From a virus, in IMG/VR virus record IMGVR_UViG_3300046786_000686, positions 1 to 64,000 of that record: a DNA stretch of 64,000 bases. The stretch is one strand, 5' to 3'. Positions 56,441-64,000 of this stretch are shown piece by piece (positions within the stretch are counted from its first letter, which is position 1; each line of letters opens with the position of its first letter). The notes beneath the pieces are model-generated. The model did no database searches and had not been told where the DNA came from. It saw nothing but the letters and a program-made list of their open reading frames with translations. The translations under genes were made by a program, and so were the position numbers.

Positions 56441-58651
56441 ATGAATGAACTAACAAAATTTTTGGTGGAAAGCGTTTTGAGTGAAGCAGAGCAAGGAATC
56501 GTTGTTCTACTTCCTGGCGGATTCAAACCACCACACGGTGGCCATTTGGAATTGGCAAAGCGATATGCTAGTCAACCAAACGTGTCAGAGGTACGTATAT
56601 TAATCGGACCGAAAGAGCGAGATGGAATCACTCGTGATCAGAGTATAGCTGTATGGAAAGAGTTGTTGATAGGAACTACTGGCATAGTAGTAGAATCAGT
56701 GGCAGAAGATAATCCGTTACTAGCATCTTACAAGTATATTGAAAAAGCAAAGCCTGGAACATATGCTCTAGCAGCTAGCTCAAAAGGTGATGATTATATT
56801 CGTGTGAAGAAGTTTGTAGATGGTCATGCGGTAGGAGCTAAGTACAACAGACCAGGCGTTAATGTGGTTGAACTTCCATTAGACACACAACCAATCTTAT
56901 ACAAGAATCGTAAGGATAATCTAAACGGAAAGGGTATTAGCGCATCAACACTTCGTGCCGATCTAGCAGCTAAGAATTACGACAACTTCAAAACAAATTA
57001 TCCAGGTCAATCAGAGTCAACAACTAGAAAGGTTTTTGACATACTAACAAAGAACATGCAAGAGATTGTAGAAGGTATTAATGTTGGTGACGTAGTTAAA
57101 AAACTCCACTCACGATTTAAGGCTTTCTTGAGAGCAATTAGTTCTGAGAGTAAGGAAACAAAGGAAGCTTTTGTTCTGCTAGCACAAGCTGCTCAAGGAA
57201 AGAAGAAATTAACAGATGAAGAGAAGAAAGAGATAGGTAATCAAATGAAAGATGTACTCAAGACAATGGGCATCATCGCAGCAAGTGTGCTACCAGGTGG
57301 TACAATCTATTTCATACTAATTAGATTACTTCGTTTGGAGAAGTATACAATTCCTAATAACTTCCTTAATAAGGCAGCAACAACAGTTCCACTAATGGAG
57401 AAGACAATACTAAAAGAGGGTGGCGCAGCAGGCCACATGACACATCCATACGAAGATTACGATTTAACCTTCGATGATGTTGAAAAAATGATCGATGCCG
57501 CATTGAGTGGTAAAGTCGAGTTTGCACAAGAAAAGCTAGATGGCCAAAACCTGATGGTAACATATAAGGATGGTCAGGTTAGAGCTGCAAGAAATAAAGG
57601 ACATCTTAAAAACGCTGGTGAGACATCTCTCACAGTAAAGCAAGTTAAAGACACGTTTGCAAATAGAGGAGCTATCCAAGTAGCATTCTCAGAAGCGATG
57701 GTTGACCTTGAAGCAGCTATTAATAAACTCACACCAGAGCAAAAGCAAGACTTCTTTGGTAATGGAACTAAGTTTGTGAACTTTGAGATTCTCTATCCAG
57801 ATACAGCAAACGTAATTCCTTACGGAGCTACTCAGCTGAGATTACACAACATTACTGAGTATGATCCAGCTGGAAACGTGGTTAACACAGATACTGATAA
57901 GGTTCATCAATTGGAAGGAGCTATTCGTCAAGTAGAAGCTCAGAACCAGAAAACATACGAAATCCGTGTAACGGATCCAGTAACGATCAACAAGTCGGTT
58001 GATTACAAAAAGCAAAAAGAAGAGCTAGTAGGTATGCTAACAGCATTACGTACTAAGTTCAACTTGAATCGTGCTGACAAGATTAGCATCTATATGCAAG
58101 CATGGTGGAAACAATATTTGACCAACACAGCAAAACAATACAAATATGAGATTCCAGCAGATGTCATGCAACAATTGATTAATCGTTGGGCTTTCTCAAA
58201 CAAAGACGTAAACATCAAGGTTATTCGTGATGGTATCCAAAATGAGGATTTTAAGAACTGGGTAGTAAGCTTTGATGGTAAAGAATCAATCAATCAAAAG
58301 AAGATCTGTGTAAGACCAATCGAAGTCATGTTCTTAAAGTTGGGTGTGTATGTGTTGAAAAACATATCACAGCTGGTAGCTCTTAATCCAAACGATAGTG
58401 TTCGTCAAATCAAAGCAGACTTAGACGACGCAATCTCAAGAATAAAAACCTCAGCAGCATCACCAGAAATGAAGGACGATGGTGCAGCTTTAGCTTTCTT
58501 AAAAAGAGAGTTGACGCGTTTGAAAGATATTGGTGGGTTCAAAGCAATTGTTCCACTAGAGGGTATTGTATTTAAGTACAATGGCCGTTTATACAAATTA
58601 ACTGGAGCATTTGCACCAATCAACCAGATCCTAGGATACTTAAAATTCTAA
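56441..58651 (+). CDS. Multidomain protein: HxGH nucleotidyltransferase + helical domain + ligase-like (KxDG) domain
   Basis: PGGFKPPHGGH and ISASTLR; then EKLDGQN, NFEIL, EGIVF, YKLTG. Confidence 0.7.
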   Translation: MNELTKFLVESVLSEAEQGIVVLLPGGFKPPHGGHLELAKRYASQPNVSEVRILIGPKERDGITRDQSIAVWKELLIGTTGIVVESVAEDNPLLASYKYIEKAKPGTYALAASSKGDDYIRVKKFVDGHAVGAKYNRPGVNVVELPLDTQPILYKNRKDNLNGKGISASTLRADLAAKNYDNFKTNYPGQSESTTRKVFDILTKNMQEIVEGINVGDVVKKLHSRFKAFLRAISSESKETKEAFVLLAQAAQGKKKLTDEEKKEIGNQMKDVLKTMGIIAASVLPGGTIYFILIRLLRLEKYTIPNNFLNKAATTVPLMEKTILKEGGAAGHMTHPYEDYDLTFDDVEKMIDAALSGKVEFAQEKLDGQNLMVTYKDGQVRAARNKGHLKNAGETSLTVKQVKDTFANRGAIQVAFSEAMVDLEAAINKLTPEQKQDFFGNGTKFVNFEILYPDTANVIPYGATQLRLHNITEYDPAGNVVNTDTDKVHQLEGAIRQVEAQNQKTYEIRVTDPVTINKSVDYKKQKEELVGMLTALRTKFNLNRADKISIYMQAWWKQYLTNTAKQYKYEIPADVMQQLINRWAFSNKDVNIKVIRDGIQNEDFKNWVVSFDGKESINQKKICVRPIEVMFLKLGVYVLKNISQLVALNPNDSVRQIKADLDDAISRIKTSAASPEMKDDGAALAFLKRELTRLKDIGGFKAIVPLEGIVFKYNGRLYKLTGAFAPINQILGYLKF

Positions 58652-58655
58652 TCAG

Positions 58656-58970
58656 ATGAAACTGAAAAAACTTATAGAAAACCAACTGTTGAACGAGAAG
58701 AAAGAGGCTATTGCTACTTCTGCCAACACAAACCTTACACTACATTACGACTCAATGTTCAGCAATGTGGGCGAAGAAGGAGCTCCAGAATTTAGCTTCA
58801 CAATCAGTATTTCATCTACTGGTGGTAAAGAATTCTTCCGAGGTGTATCAGACACCAACGAGAGTGCTAAACTTGCTGAGGGTGTAAAACTAGAATTGCG
58901 TAGAGCAATGCGTCGTTTTGATAAAAACGTACAATTGATTATTGAAAAATACAAGTTACAAGCACGATGA
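58656..58970 (+). CDS. Hypothetical protein (MKLKKLIENQLLNE leader)
   Basis: ORF in operon. Confidence 0.6.
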   Translation: MKLKKLIENQLLNEKKEAIATSANTNLTLHYDSMFSNVGEEGAPEFSFTISISSTGGKEFFRGVSDTNESAKLAEGVKLELRRAMRRFDKNVQLIIEKYKLQAR

Positions 58971-59470
58971 GAGAAACATTTGTTACAATTGGAAGTAACC
59001 ACGTAAAGCGTCAGGAAGGTGATGTTTGGGAAGAACGTGGCAAGTTATGGACCATTAAGAATGGTATAAAAAGAACCGTTACTAAGATGGATCAAGCTCG
59101 TAAAGAGTTCTTGATGCCATTATCATGTCCACAATGCGGACGATCAATGAATCACCATTTTAACGAGCAGTCATGGGCAACACACAAGACCTGCTTCGAG
59201 TGTGTTATTGATATGGAGCATAAGCATATGCTAAACGGTACGTATGCAGAGTACGAAAAAGATGTTATGGCGAAAAACGCAAAAGCCTTCGTTAGCGCGT
59301 TTGAGGAGTACATCGATGATTATATGAAGGATAGTGTGGCAAATACAAACGTCACCGAAGATGGTTTAGTTGAGAGATGGAAAGATGTGGATCAATCCCA
59401 TCTAGAAAATATCAAGCAAGAGGTTTTGGAAAAACTAAACGATAACATAAAACAAATAGAAAGTAAATAA
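58967..59470 (+). CDS. Zinc-binding hypothetical protein
   Basis: CPQC..CFEC. Confidence 0.65.
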   Translation: MRETFVTIGSNHVKRQEGDVWEERGKLWTIKNGIKRTVTKMDQARKEFLMPLSCPQCGRSMNHHFNEQSWATHKTCFECVIDMEHKHMLNGTYAEYEKDVMAKNAKAFVSAFEEYIDDYMKDSVANTNVTEDGLVERWKDVDQSHLENIKQEVLEKLNDNIKQIESK

Positions 59471-60075
59471 TGGATTCAACAGTAGTAGCAGCTTTTTTGA
59501 CGGGAGTGCTAGGACCAGTGGCAGTAATCGGAGTACGCCACTATTTGGATAAGAGAAAGGCAAAGCCTGATATGGTAGCTGAAGCTTTGGAGACGAGTGA
59601 GAAAGTTCACATCAAGATTGAGCATATTCGTGACGAATTCAATGCAGACCGTGTTTGGATAACTCAGTTTCACAATGGTGGACACTTCTACCCAACCGGA
59701 AAATCAATTGCCAAGTTTAGTATGGTATATGAGGTTGTGAGTTTAGGAACTGCATCAATTCAGAACAACTTCCAAAACATTCCAGTAAGTTTGTTTAGTA
59801 AGTCTACAAACTTCTTATTAGAGAATGATGTGATTGAGATTCCAGATTTCAAAGATGAAACCATTGCTACACACGGTCTCAAATATGTTGCAGAAGAAGC
59901 TCATTGCAAATCAGGATACTTGTTTGCGATTAAAACTATCGACGATAAGTTCATTGGTGCTTTGGGCTTAGACTTTACTAAGCGTAAAACAAAACTAGAC
60001 ATGGAATCTATCAACCACCTAAGTATGCACGCAGCATCTATTGGTGGTGTACTAAACGCACACCTAGAGAAGTAA
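59470..60075 (+). CDS. Single-TM protein with a GAF-like domain (T4 T-type holin candidate)
   Basis: N-terminal TM; ADRVWITQFHNG..SGYLFAI...FIGALGLDF GAF-like pattern. Confidence 0.55.
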   Translation: MDSTVVAAFLTGVLGPVAVIGVRHYLDKRKAKPDMVAEALETSEKVHIKIEHIRDEFNADRVWITQFHNGGHFYPTGKSIAKFSMVYEVVSLGTASIQNNFQNIPVSLFSKSTNFLLENDVIEIPDFKDETIATHGLKYVAEEAHCKSGYLFAIKTIDDKFIGALGLDFTKRKTKLDMESINHLSMHAASIGGVLNAHLEK

Positions 60076-60431
60076 TGAAAAACGAGATCACTATATGTAA
60101 TGAGTGTGCTATCGCTTTGTTGGAAGATATCAAAGCAGGTAAGCATCCGTTAAGCGAGGCTGAATATAAAGGACGTGAAGTACCATTAGGAAAGCCGATG
60201 AAAGGTGATGTCAAGAAGTTCAAGGTGTATGTGAAGAATAAGGCTGGAAACGTTGTTAAGGTGAATTTTGGTGATCCAAATATGTCAATCAAGAGAGACG
60301 ATCCAGAACGCAGAAAAGCATATAGATCAAGACATAACTGCAATAATCCAGGACCTAGAGATAAGGCTAATTATTGGAGTTGTAGGATGTGGTCATCAAA
60401 ACCAGTGAGTCAAATATTAAAAGGAAAGTAA
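60075..60431 (+). CDS. Basic hypothetical protein
   Basis: KKFKVYV..VKVNFGDP..RRKAYRSRHNC..ANYWSC; LSEAE motif. Confidence 0.7.
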   Translation: MKNEITICNECAIALLEDIKAGKHPLSEAEYKGREVPLGKPMKGDVKKFKVYVKNKAGNVVKVNFGDPNMSIKRDDPERRKAYRSRHNCNNPGPRDKANYWSCRMWSSKPVSQILKGK

Positions 60432-60976
60432 TGCCATACGAAATTAGAAAATCAGGAGACGGATTTAAGGTATTCAAAAAAGGTACCAATCAAGCTTTTT
60501 CAAAACATCCAATGACAAAGGAAAAGGCAAAAGCTCAAATCGCAGCTATACACATCAACACCACTGAGGCAGTAAATGCAATCAATGAGTTGAAGCTAAG
60601 CTCCTATGGTGTAAAAGAGTTGCTACGAGCAATCTTCGACCATCCAGAGATTTTACCAAAGCTTCACTTCAGAAAGTTCAGAGATGTAATTGATTATATG
60701 AAATCAGCTGATCAAGAGGAGCAAGAAGAGTTGGAACAAAAGGTGATCGCTTTAGGAATTAAAGTAGATAAAAGCCACCTAACGGAACTTTCTATCGTGT
60801 CAGTTGGAGTGCGTGACTTATTAAGAAAGATATTCAAAGATCCGAACTTGATGAAGCAACTAAATTTTTCTAACTTTAGAAGAGCTGTCGAGTATGTTAG
60901 AGGTTGTGATATAGAGGATTTCAATGAACTAGAACAAGAAGTAGAAGCCTACGAAAAAGCTCATGGGTTGAGATAA
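60431..60976 (+). CDS. Hypothetical protein with an internal duplication (start revised to 60431)
   Basis: TAATG coupling; two ~60 aa repeats. Confidence 0.65.
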   Translation: MPYEIRKSGDGFKVFKKGTNQAFSKHPMTKEKAKAQIAAIHINTTEAVNAINELKLSSYGVKELLRAIFDHPEILPKLHFRKFRDVIDYMKSADQEEQEELEQKVIALGIKVDKSHLTELSIVSVGVRDLLRKIFKDPNLMKQLNFSNFRRAVEYVRGCDIEDFNELEQEVEAYEKAHGLR

Positions 60977-61014
60977 TCAACCTCAACATTCACGAAAATA
61001 AACGCACATGGAAG

Positions 61015-61266
61015 GTGAGAGTAATAGGAAGAAAAAACATATCGATGCAGAGTCTAGCGACGTGGAGCATGATGATCGCTCTATTCTTCAATCCGTTCGG
61101 ATTCGACGTGATTCAGTATTGGTTGATACTAGCCACTGGAAATTTATGGAGAGCGAACTTCGTTTTGTACTGCTTAGCGGGACTATTCTTTGGCTTATCC
61201 ATATTGTTTCGCTTGCTATCTAAAAAGCGACATATTTATACAAAACAGAGTAATGAAAAAAACTAA
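61015..61266 (+). CDS. Small membrane protein
   Basis: Two hydrophobic segments; start codon uncertain. Confidence 0.45.
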   Translation: MRVIGRKNISMQSLATWSMMIALFFNPFGFDVIQYWLILATGNLWRANFVLYCLAGLFFGLSILFRLLSKKRHIYTKQSNEKN

Positions 61267-61627
61267 TCAAAAGTTAGCAGAGTCAGTACTTCGCAAGTAC
61301 ATTCAGAAAGAGATCCGTCGTATGATGGAGGCTGAGGAAGAAACCGACAGTCCAAACGCAGAGGGTGGTGAAGAGACTCCAGAAGAAGCTCCAAAGGAAG
61401 AGCCTAAGAAACAAGAGCCAGAACAAGCACCTGAAGAAGAGGCAGGTTTGAATGAGGATTTCCAAGCAGGTTTGGATCAATTTGTTCAAAAGCTAAAAAC
61501 GAGTACTGAACCGGTTGAGCATGACGACTTGATCGATATGGTTGGTCAATTGGTTGATATGTTTGTAACATCAAACGAAGGTAAACTAAACATTTTACGA
61601 GCTGTAAAAACAAACATCGTACAATAA
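61253..61627 (+). CDS. Acidic protein (start revised to 61253), scaffold-like
   Basis: TATTTAT at 61233-61239; LRKYIQKEIRRMMEAE; E/P-rich linker. Confidence 0.65.
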   Translation: MKKTNQKLAESVLRKYIQKEIRRMMEAEEETDSPNAEGGEETPEEAPKEEPKKQEPEQAPEEEAGLNEDFQAGLDQFVQKLKTSTEPVEHDDLIDMVGQLVDMFVTSNEGKLNILRAVKTNIVQ

Positions 61628-61818
61628 TGAATACAAAGACACAAGCAATCGTTAAGCGTTTGAAAGAGGACACTGCATACCAGGAGTTCTTCAAAAAGGC
61701 AATGGAGAAGTTTGACATCAAATCACCAGCTGATCTAGAGGATCCTGAGAGAAAAAAGAATTTCTTCAACTACGTAGACAAAAACTATTCAGCTAAGACT
61801 GAGTCAAAGAAACGATAA
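61627..61818 (+). CDS. Small hypothetical protein
   Basis: RLKE..YQEFFKKAMEKF.IKSPADL...KKNFFNYVD. Confidence 0.65.
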   Translation: MNTKTQAIVKRLKEDTAYQEFFKKAMEKFDIKSPADLEDPERKKNFFNYVDKNYSAKTESKKR

Positions 61819-62165
61819 TGAAACTGGAAGTTACAAGAACGAACTTAGTATTGTTTGCAATTGTTGTAGGTCTTTTGATCTACTCCATTGCATTTGCACC
61901 AAACCGTAATGGGGTGAAATATATCAAACCACAACATGAGTTGGATAGTTTGGCACACGTAATCACAGACTTGAAAAAAGAGCAGCATGCTAAGGATAGT
62001 GTAATAACTAATTTGAAAAGTGAGATATCTGCTCTGGATAAGGTGATTTACAATCAAAAAGTAAGAATCGTTAAAATAAGAGAAGAATATGACACTAAAA
62101 TTAAAACTGTTAGCAATTACACTCCTTCTGAGCTTGACAGCTTTTTCGCAGAGCGTTACAAATAA
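61818..62165 (+). CDS. TM + coiled-coil protein (spanin-like candidate)
   Basis: N-terminal TM, heptad repeat; overlaps the next gene by 77 nt. Confidence 0.45.
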   Translation: MKLEVTRTNLVLFAIVVGLLIYSIAFAPNRNGVKYIKPQHELDSLAHVITDLKKEQHAKDSVITNLKSEISALDKVIYNQKVRIVKIREEYDTKIKTVSNYTPSELDSFFAERYK

Positions 62166-62520
62166 CACAATAAAAACAGACACTGTAGTAGTGGTGTTAC
62201 CTTATAGAGTTGCTAGATTGGTTGCAATCGACCTAGTACGCTACGATTCTACTAAGGCGGAATTACAGGCAACTCAACAACTACTAAGATTTACTAACGA
62301 CAAGATCACAAAGCAAGATTCATTGATCAAGACTTATGATAGTCAGATGATCACAATGAACAATCAAATCAAAGCATATGAGCAAAAGGATACAATCCAA
62401 ACTCAGATGGTTAGCGACTTGCAAAAGGATAATCGTAAACAAGGTAGAATAATCAAAGTGCTAGGAACAACAGCGGGTATCTTTTTTGTTACCACACTGA
62501 CATTATTCTTAGCTCACTAA
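62089..62520 (+). CDS. Signal peptide + coiled coil + C-terminal TM protein (spanin partner candidate)
   Basis: AFS/Q signal peptide with no lipobox Cys; C-terminal hydrophobic helix. Confidence 0.45.
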   Translation: MTLKLKLLAITLLLSLTAFSQSVTNNTIKTDTVVVVLPYRVARLVAIDLVRYDSTKAELQATQQLLRFTNDKITKQDSLIKTYDSQMITMNNQIKAYEQKDTIQTQMVSDLQKDNRKQGRIIKVLGTTAGIFFVTTLTLFLAH

Positions 62521-62531
62521 AAATCCAGGTT

Positions 62532-64000
62532 ATGAGTACAGAGGAGAAGAGTCTAAAAGACATCATCCGTGAGGAGTACATTAAGTGTGCACGATCAGCA
62601 TCATACTTCATGAAGAAGTATTGCATGATTCAGCACCCTACTAAGGGGAAGATTCCATTCCACCTATATCCATACCAAGAAGATTCATTACAAGAGTTTC
62701 AAGAGAATGACCGTTGTATCATTCTAAAATCTCGTCAGCTAGGTATCTCAACACTTATTGCAGGATATGCATTATGGATGATCCTATTCCAGAACGATAA
62801 GAACTGCTTAGTAGTTGCGATTGATCAGAACACGTCTAAAAATCTCGTAACAAAGGTGAAGGTAATGTTTGACAATCTTCCAAGCTGGTTGAAGCTAAAA
62901 GCTGTTGAGAGTAACAAACTTTCAATCAGACTATCAAACGGATCACAAATCAAAGCGGTATCAAGCACAGGAACATCAGGACGTTCAGAGGCGTTATCGT
63001 TAGTTATTATTGATGAGGCTGCATTCGTTGATGGAGCAGAAGAGTTGTGGGCATCACTACAACAAACATTGAGTACGGGTGGTCAAGGTATCCTACTATC
63101 AACACCAAACGGTACTGGTAACTTCTTCCACAAGATGTGGACTAAAGCAGAAGCGGGAGAGAACAAATTTAAGACATTACGACTTCCATGGCAAGTGCAT
63201 CCGGAGAGGGATCAAACATGGAGAGATCGACAAGATGCTGAGTTAGGATTGAGGTTGGCAGCACAGGAGTGTGATTGTGACTTTAGTACATCAGGTAATA
63301 CAGTCGTATCACCAGAACTCATATCATACTACATGCAAACGTATGTACAAGAGCCAATCGAAAAGAGAGGCTTTGATGGCAACTATTGGGTATGGGAGTT
63401 TCCAGACTACACAAAGAATTATGTTCTAACAGCTGACGTTGCTCGTGGTGATGGAAGTGACTACTCTGCATTCCACGTTATTGACGTAGAATCATGTCGT
63501 CAGGTAGCTGAGTATAAAGGTCAGGTTGGAACAAAAGAGTTTGGCAATCTTCTAGTTGCAGCTGCAACAGAGTGGAATAATGCACTACTTGTGATAGAGA
63601 ATGCAAACATTGGTTGGGCAGCTATCCAACAAGTAATTGATCGTAACTACCAGAATCTGTACTACACCTATAAGCAAGACGCACTTGACTCAGACAAGTT
63701 CTTGACCAAGGGATATGATCTAGCCTCCAAGACAGATATGGTTGCAGGGTTTACAATGTCGCACAAGACAAGACCTCTAGTTATTTCTAAGATGGAGTTG
63801 TATATCCGCGAAAAAAGCTGTATAATTAGGAGTAAGCGATTGCTTGATGAGTTATTTGTATTTATCTGGAAAGCTGGAAGAGCAGAAGCTGCACAAGGCT
63901 ACAATGATGACTTGGTAATGTGTTTTGGACAAGGATTATGGGTTCGAGACACGGCACTAAAACTCAGACAAGCAGGGATAGAGATTAACAGAGCTGCTCT
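62532..64000 (+). CDS. terL: Terminase large subunit (T4 gp17-like), runs off the window; not in the ORF track
   Basis: MSTEEK..F.LYPYQ, ILKSRQLGIST (Walker A), GRSEALSLVIIDEAAF (Walker B), LSTPNG, ADVARGDGSDYS nuclease motif, DDLVM. Confidence 0.93.
   Translation, partial: MSTEEKSLKDIIREEYIKCARSASYFMKKYCMIQHPTKGKIPFHLYPYQEDSLQEFQENDRCIILKSRQLGISTLIAGYALWMILFQNDKNCLVVAIDQNTSKNLVTKVKVMFDNLPSWLKLKAVESNKLSIRLSNGSQIKAVSSTGTSGRSEALSLVIIDEAAFVDGAEELWASLQQTLSTGGQGILLSTPNGTGNFFHKMWTKAEAGENKFKTLRLPWQVHPERDQTWRDRQDAELGLRLAAQECDCDFSTSGNTVVSPELISYYMQTYVQEPIEKRGFDGNYWVWEFPDYTKNYVLTADVARGDGSDYSAFHVIDVESCRQVAEYKGQVGTKEFGNLLVAAATEWNNALLVIENANIGWAAIQQVIDRNYQNLYYTYKQDALDSDKFLTKGYDLASKTDMVAGFTMSHKTRPLVISKMELYIREKSCIIRSKRLLDELFVFIWKAGRAEAAQGYNDDLVMCFGQGLWVRDTALKLRQAGIEINRAA

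Noticed and set aside
61008-61223. Alternative-frame ORF overlapping 61015-61266
   Set aside because: The other frame gives a more coherent two-TM protein; this cannot be fully excluded
62532-64000. Intein or intron in the terminase
   Set aside because: ATPase and nuclease motifs follow at normal spacing with no visible insertion

Overview
A 64 kb segment of a large, AT-rich, T4-like/jumbo myophage genome with essentially every gene on the + strand. A Bacteroidota host is likely: there are TTG..TAnnTTTG promoters and no Shine-Dalgarno sites. Layout: (1) about 0.5-15.9 kb, accessory genes (methylglyoxal synthase, two PRTases, a kinase-HAD phosphatase fusion, GH19 lysin, an L,D-transpeptidase-like protein, a GNAT) and many small proteins sharing an N-terminal leader that ends in (I/L)xE; (2) 15.9-17.5 kb, an RNA cluster of tmRNA, a ~890 nt highly structured GOLLD-like ncRNA with an rrn-like boxB/boxA leader, and initiator tRNA-fMet; (3) an HD hydrolase and a phage sigma factor; (4) 21-47.7 kb, baseplate/tail genes, including an apparent gp5-like spike split around a GH108 muramidase, an M15 peptidase, gp25/gp6 wedges, and Ig-like and LamG proteins; (5) T7-type endonuclease I, primase and a fused Mre11-Rad50 (SbcDC); (6) further virion genes, a nucleotidyltransferase/ligase-like multidomain protein, lysis candidates and the start of the terminase large subunit. 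A recurring TATTTAT motif marks candidate late promoters. The most interesting signals are the giant structured RNA with antitermination signals, a shared (I/L)xE leader and linker code suggesting capsid-packaged, protease-processed enzyme cargo, and tandem DnaA boxes. All calls come from motif reading by eye; no searches were run.
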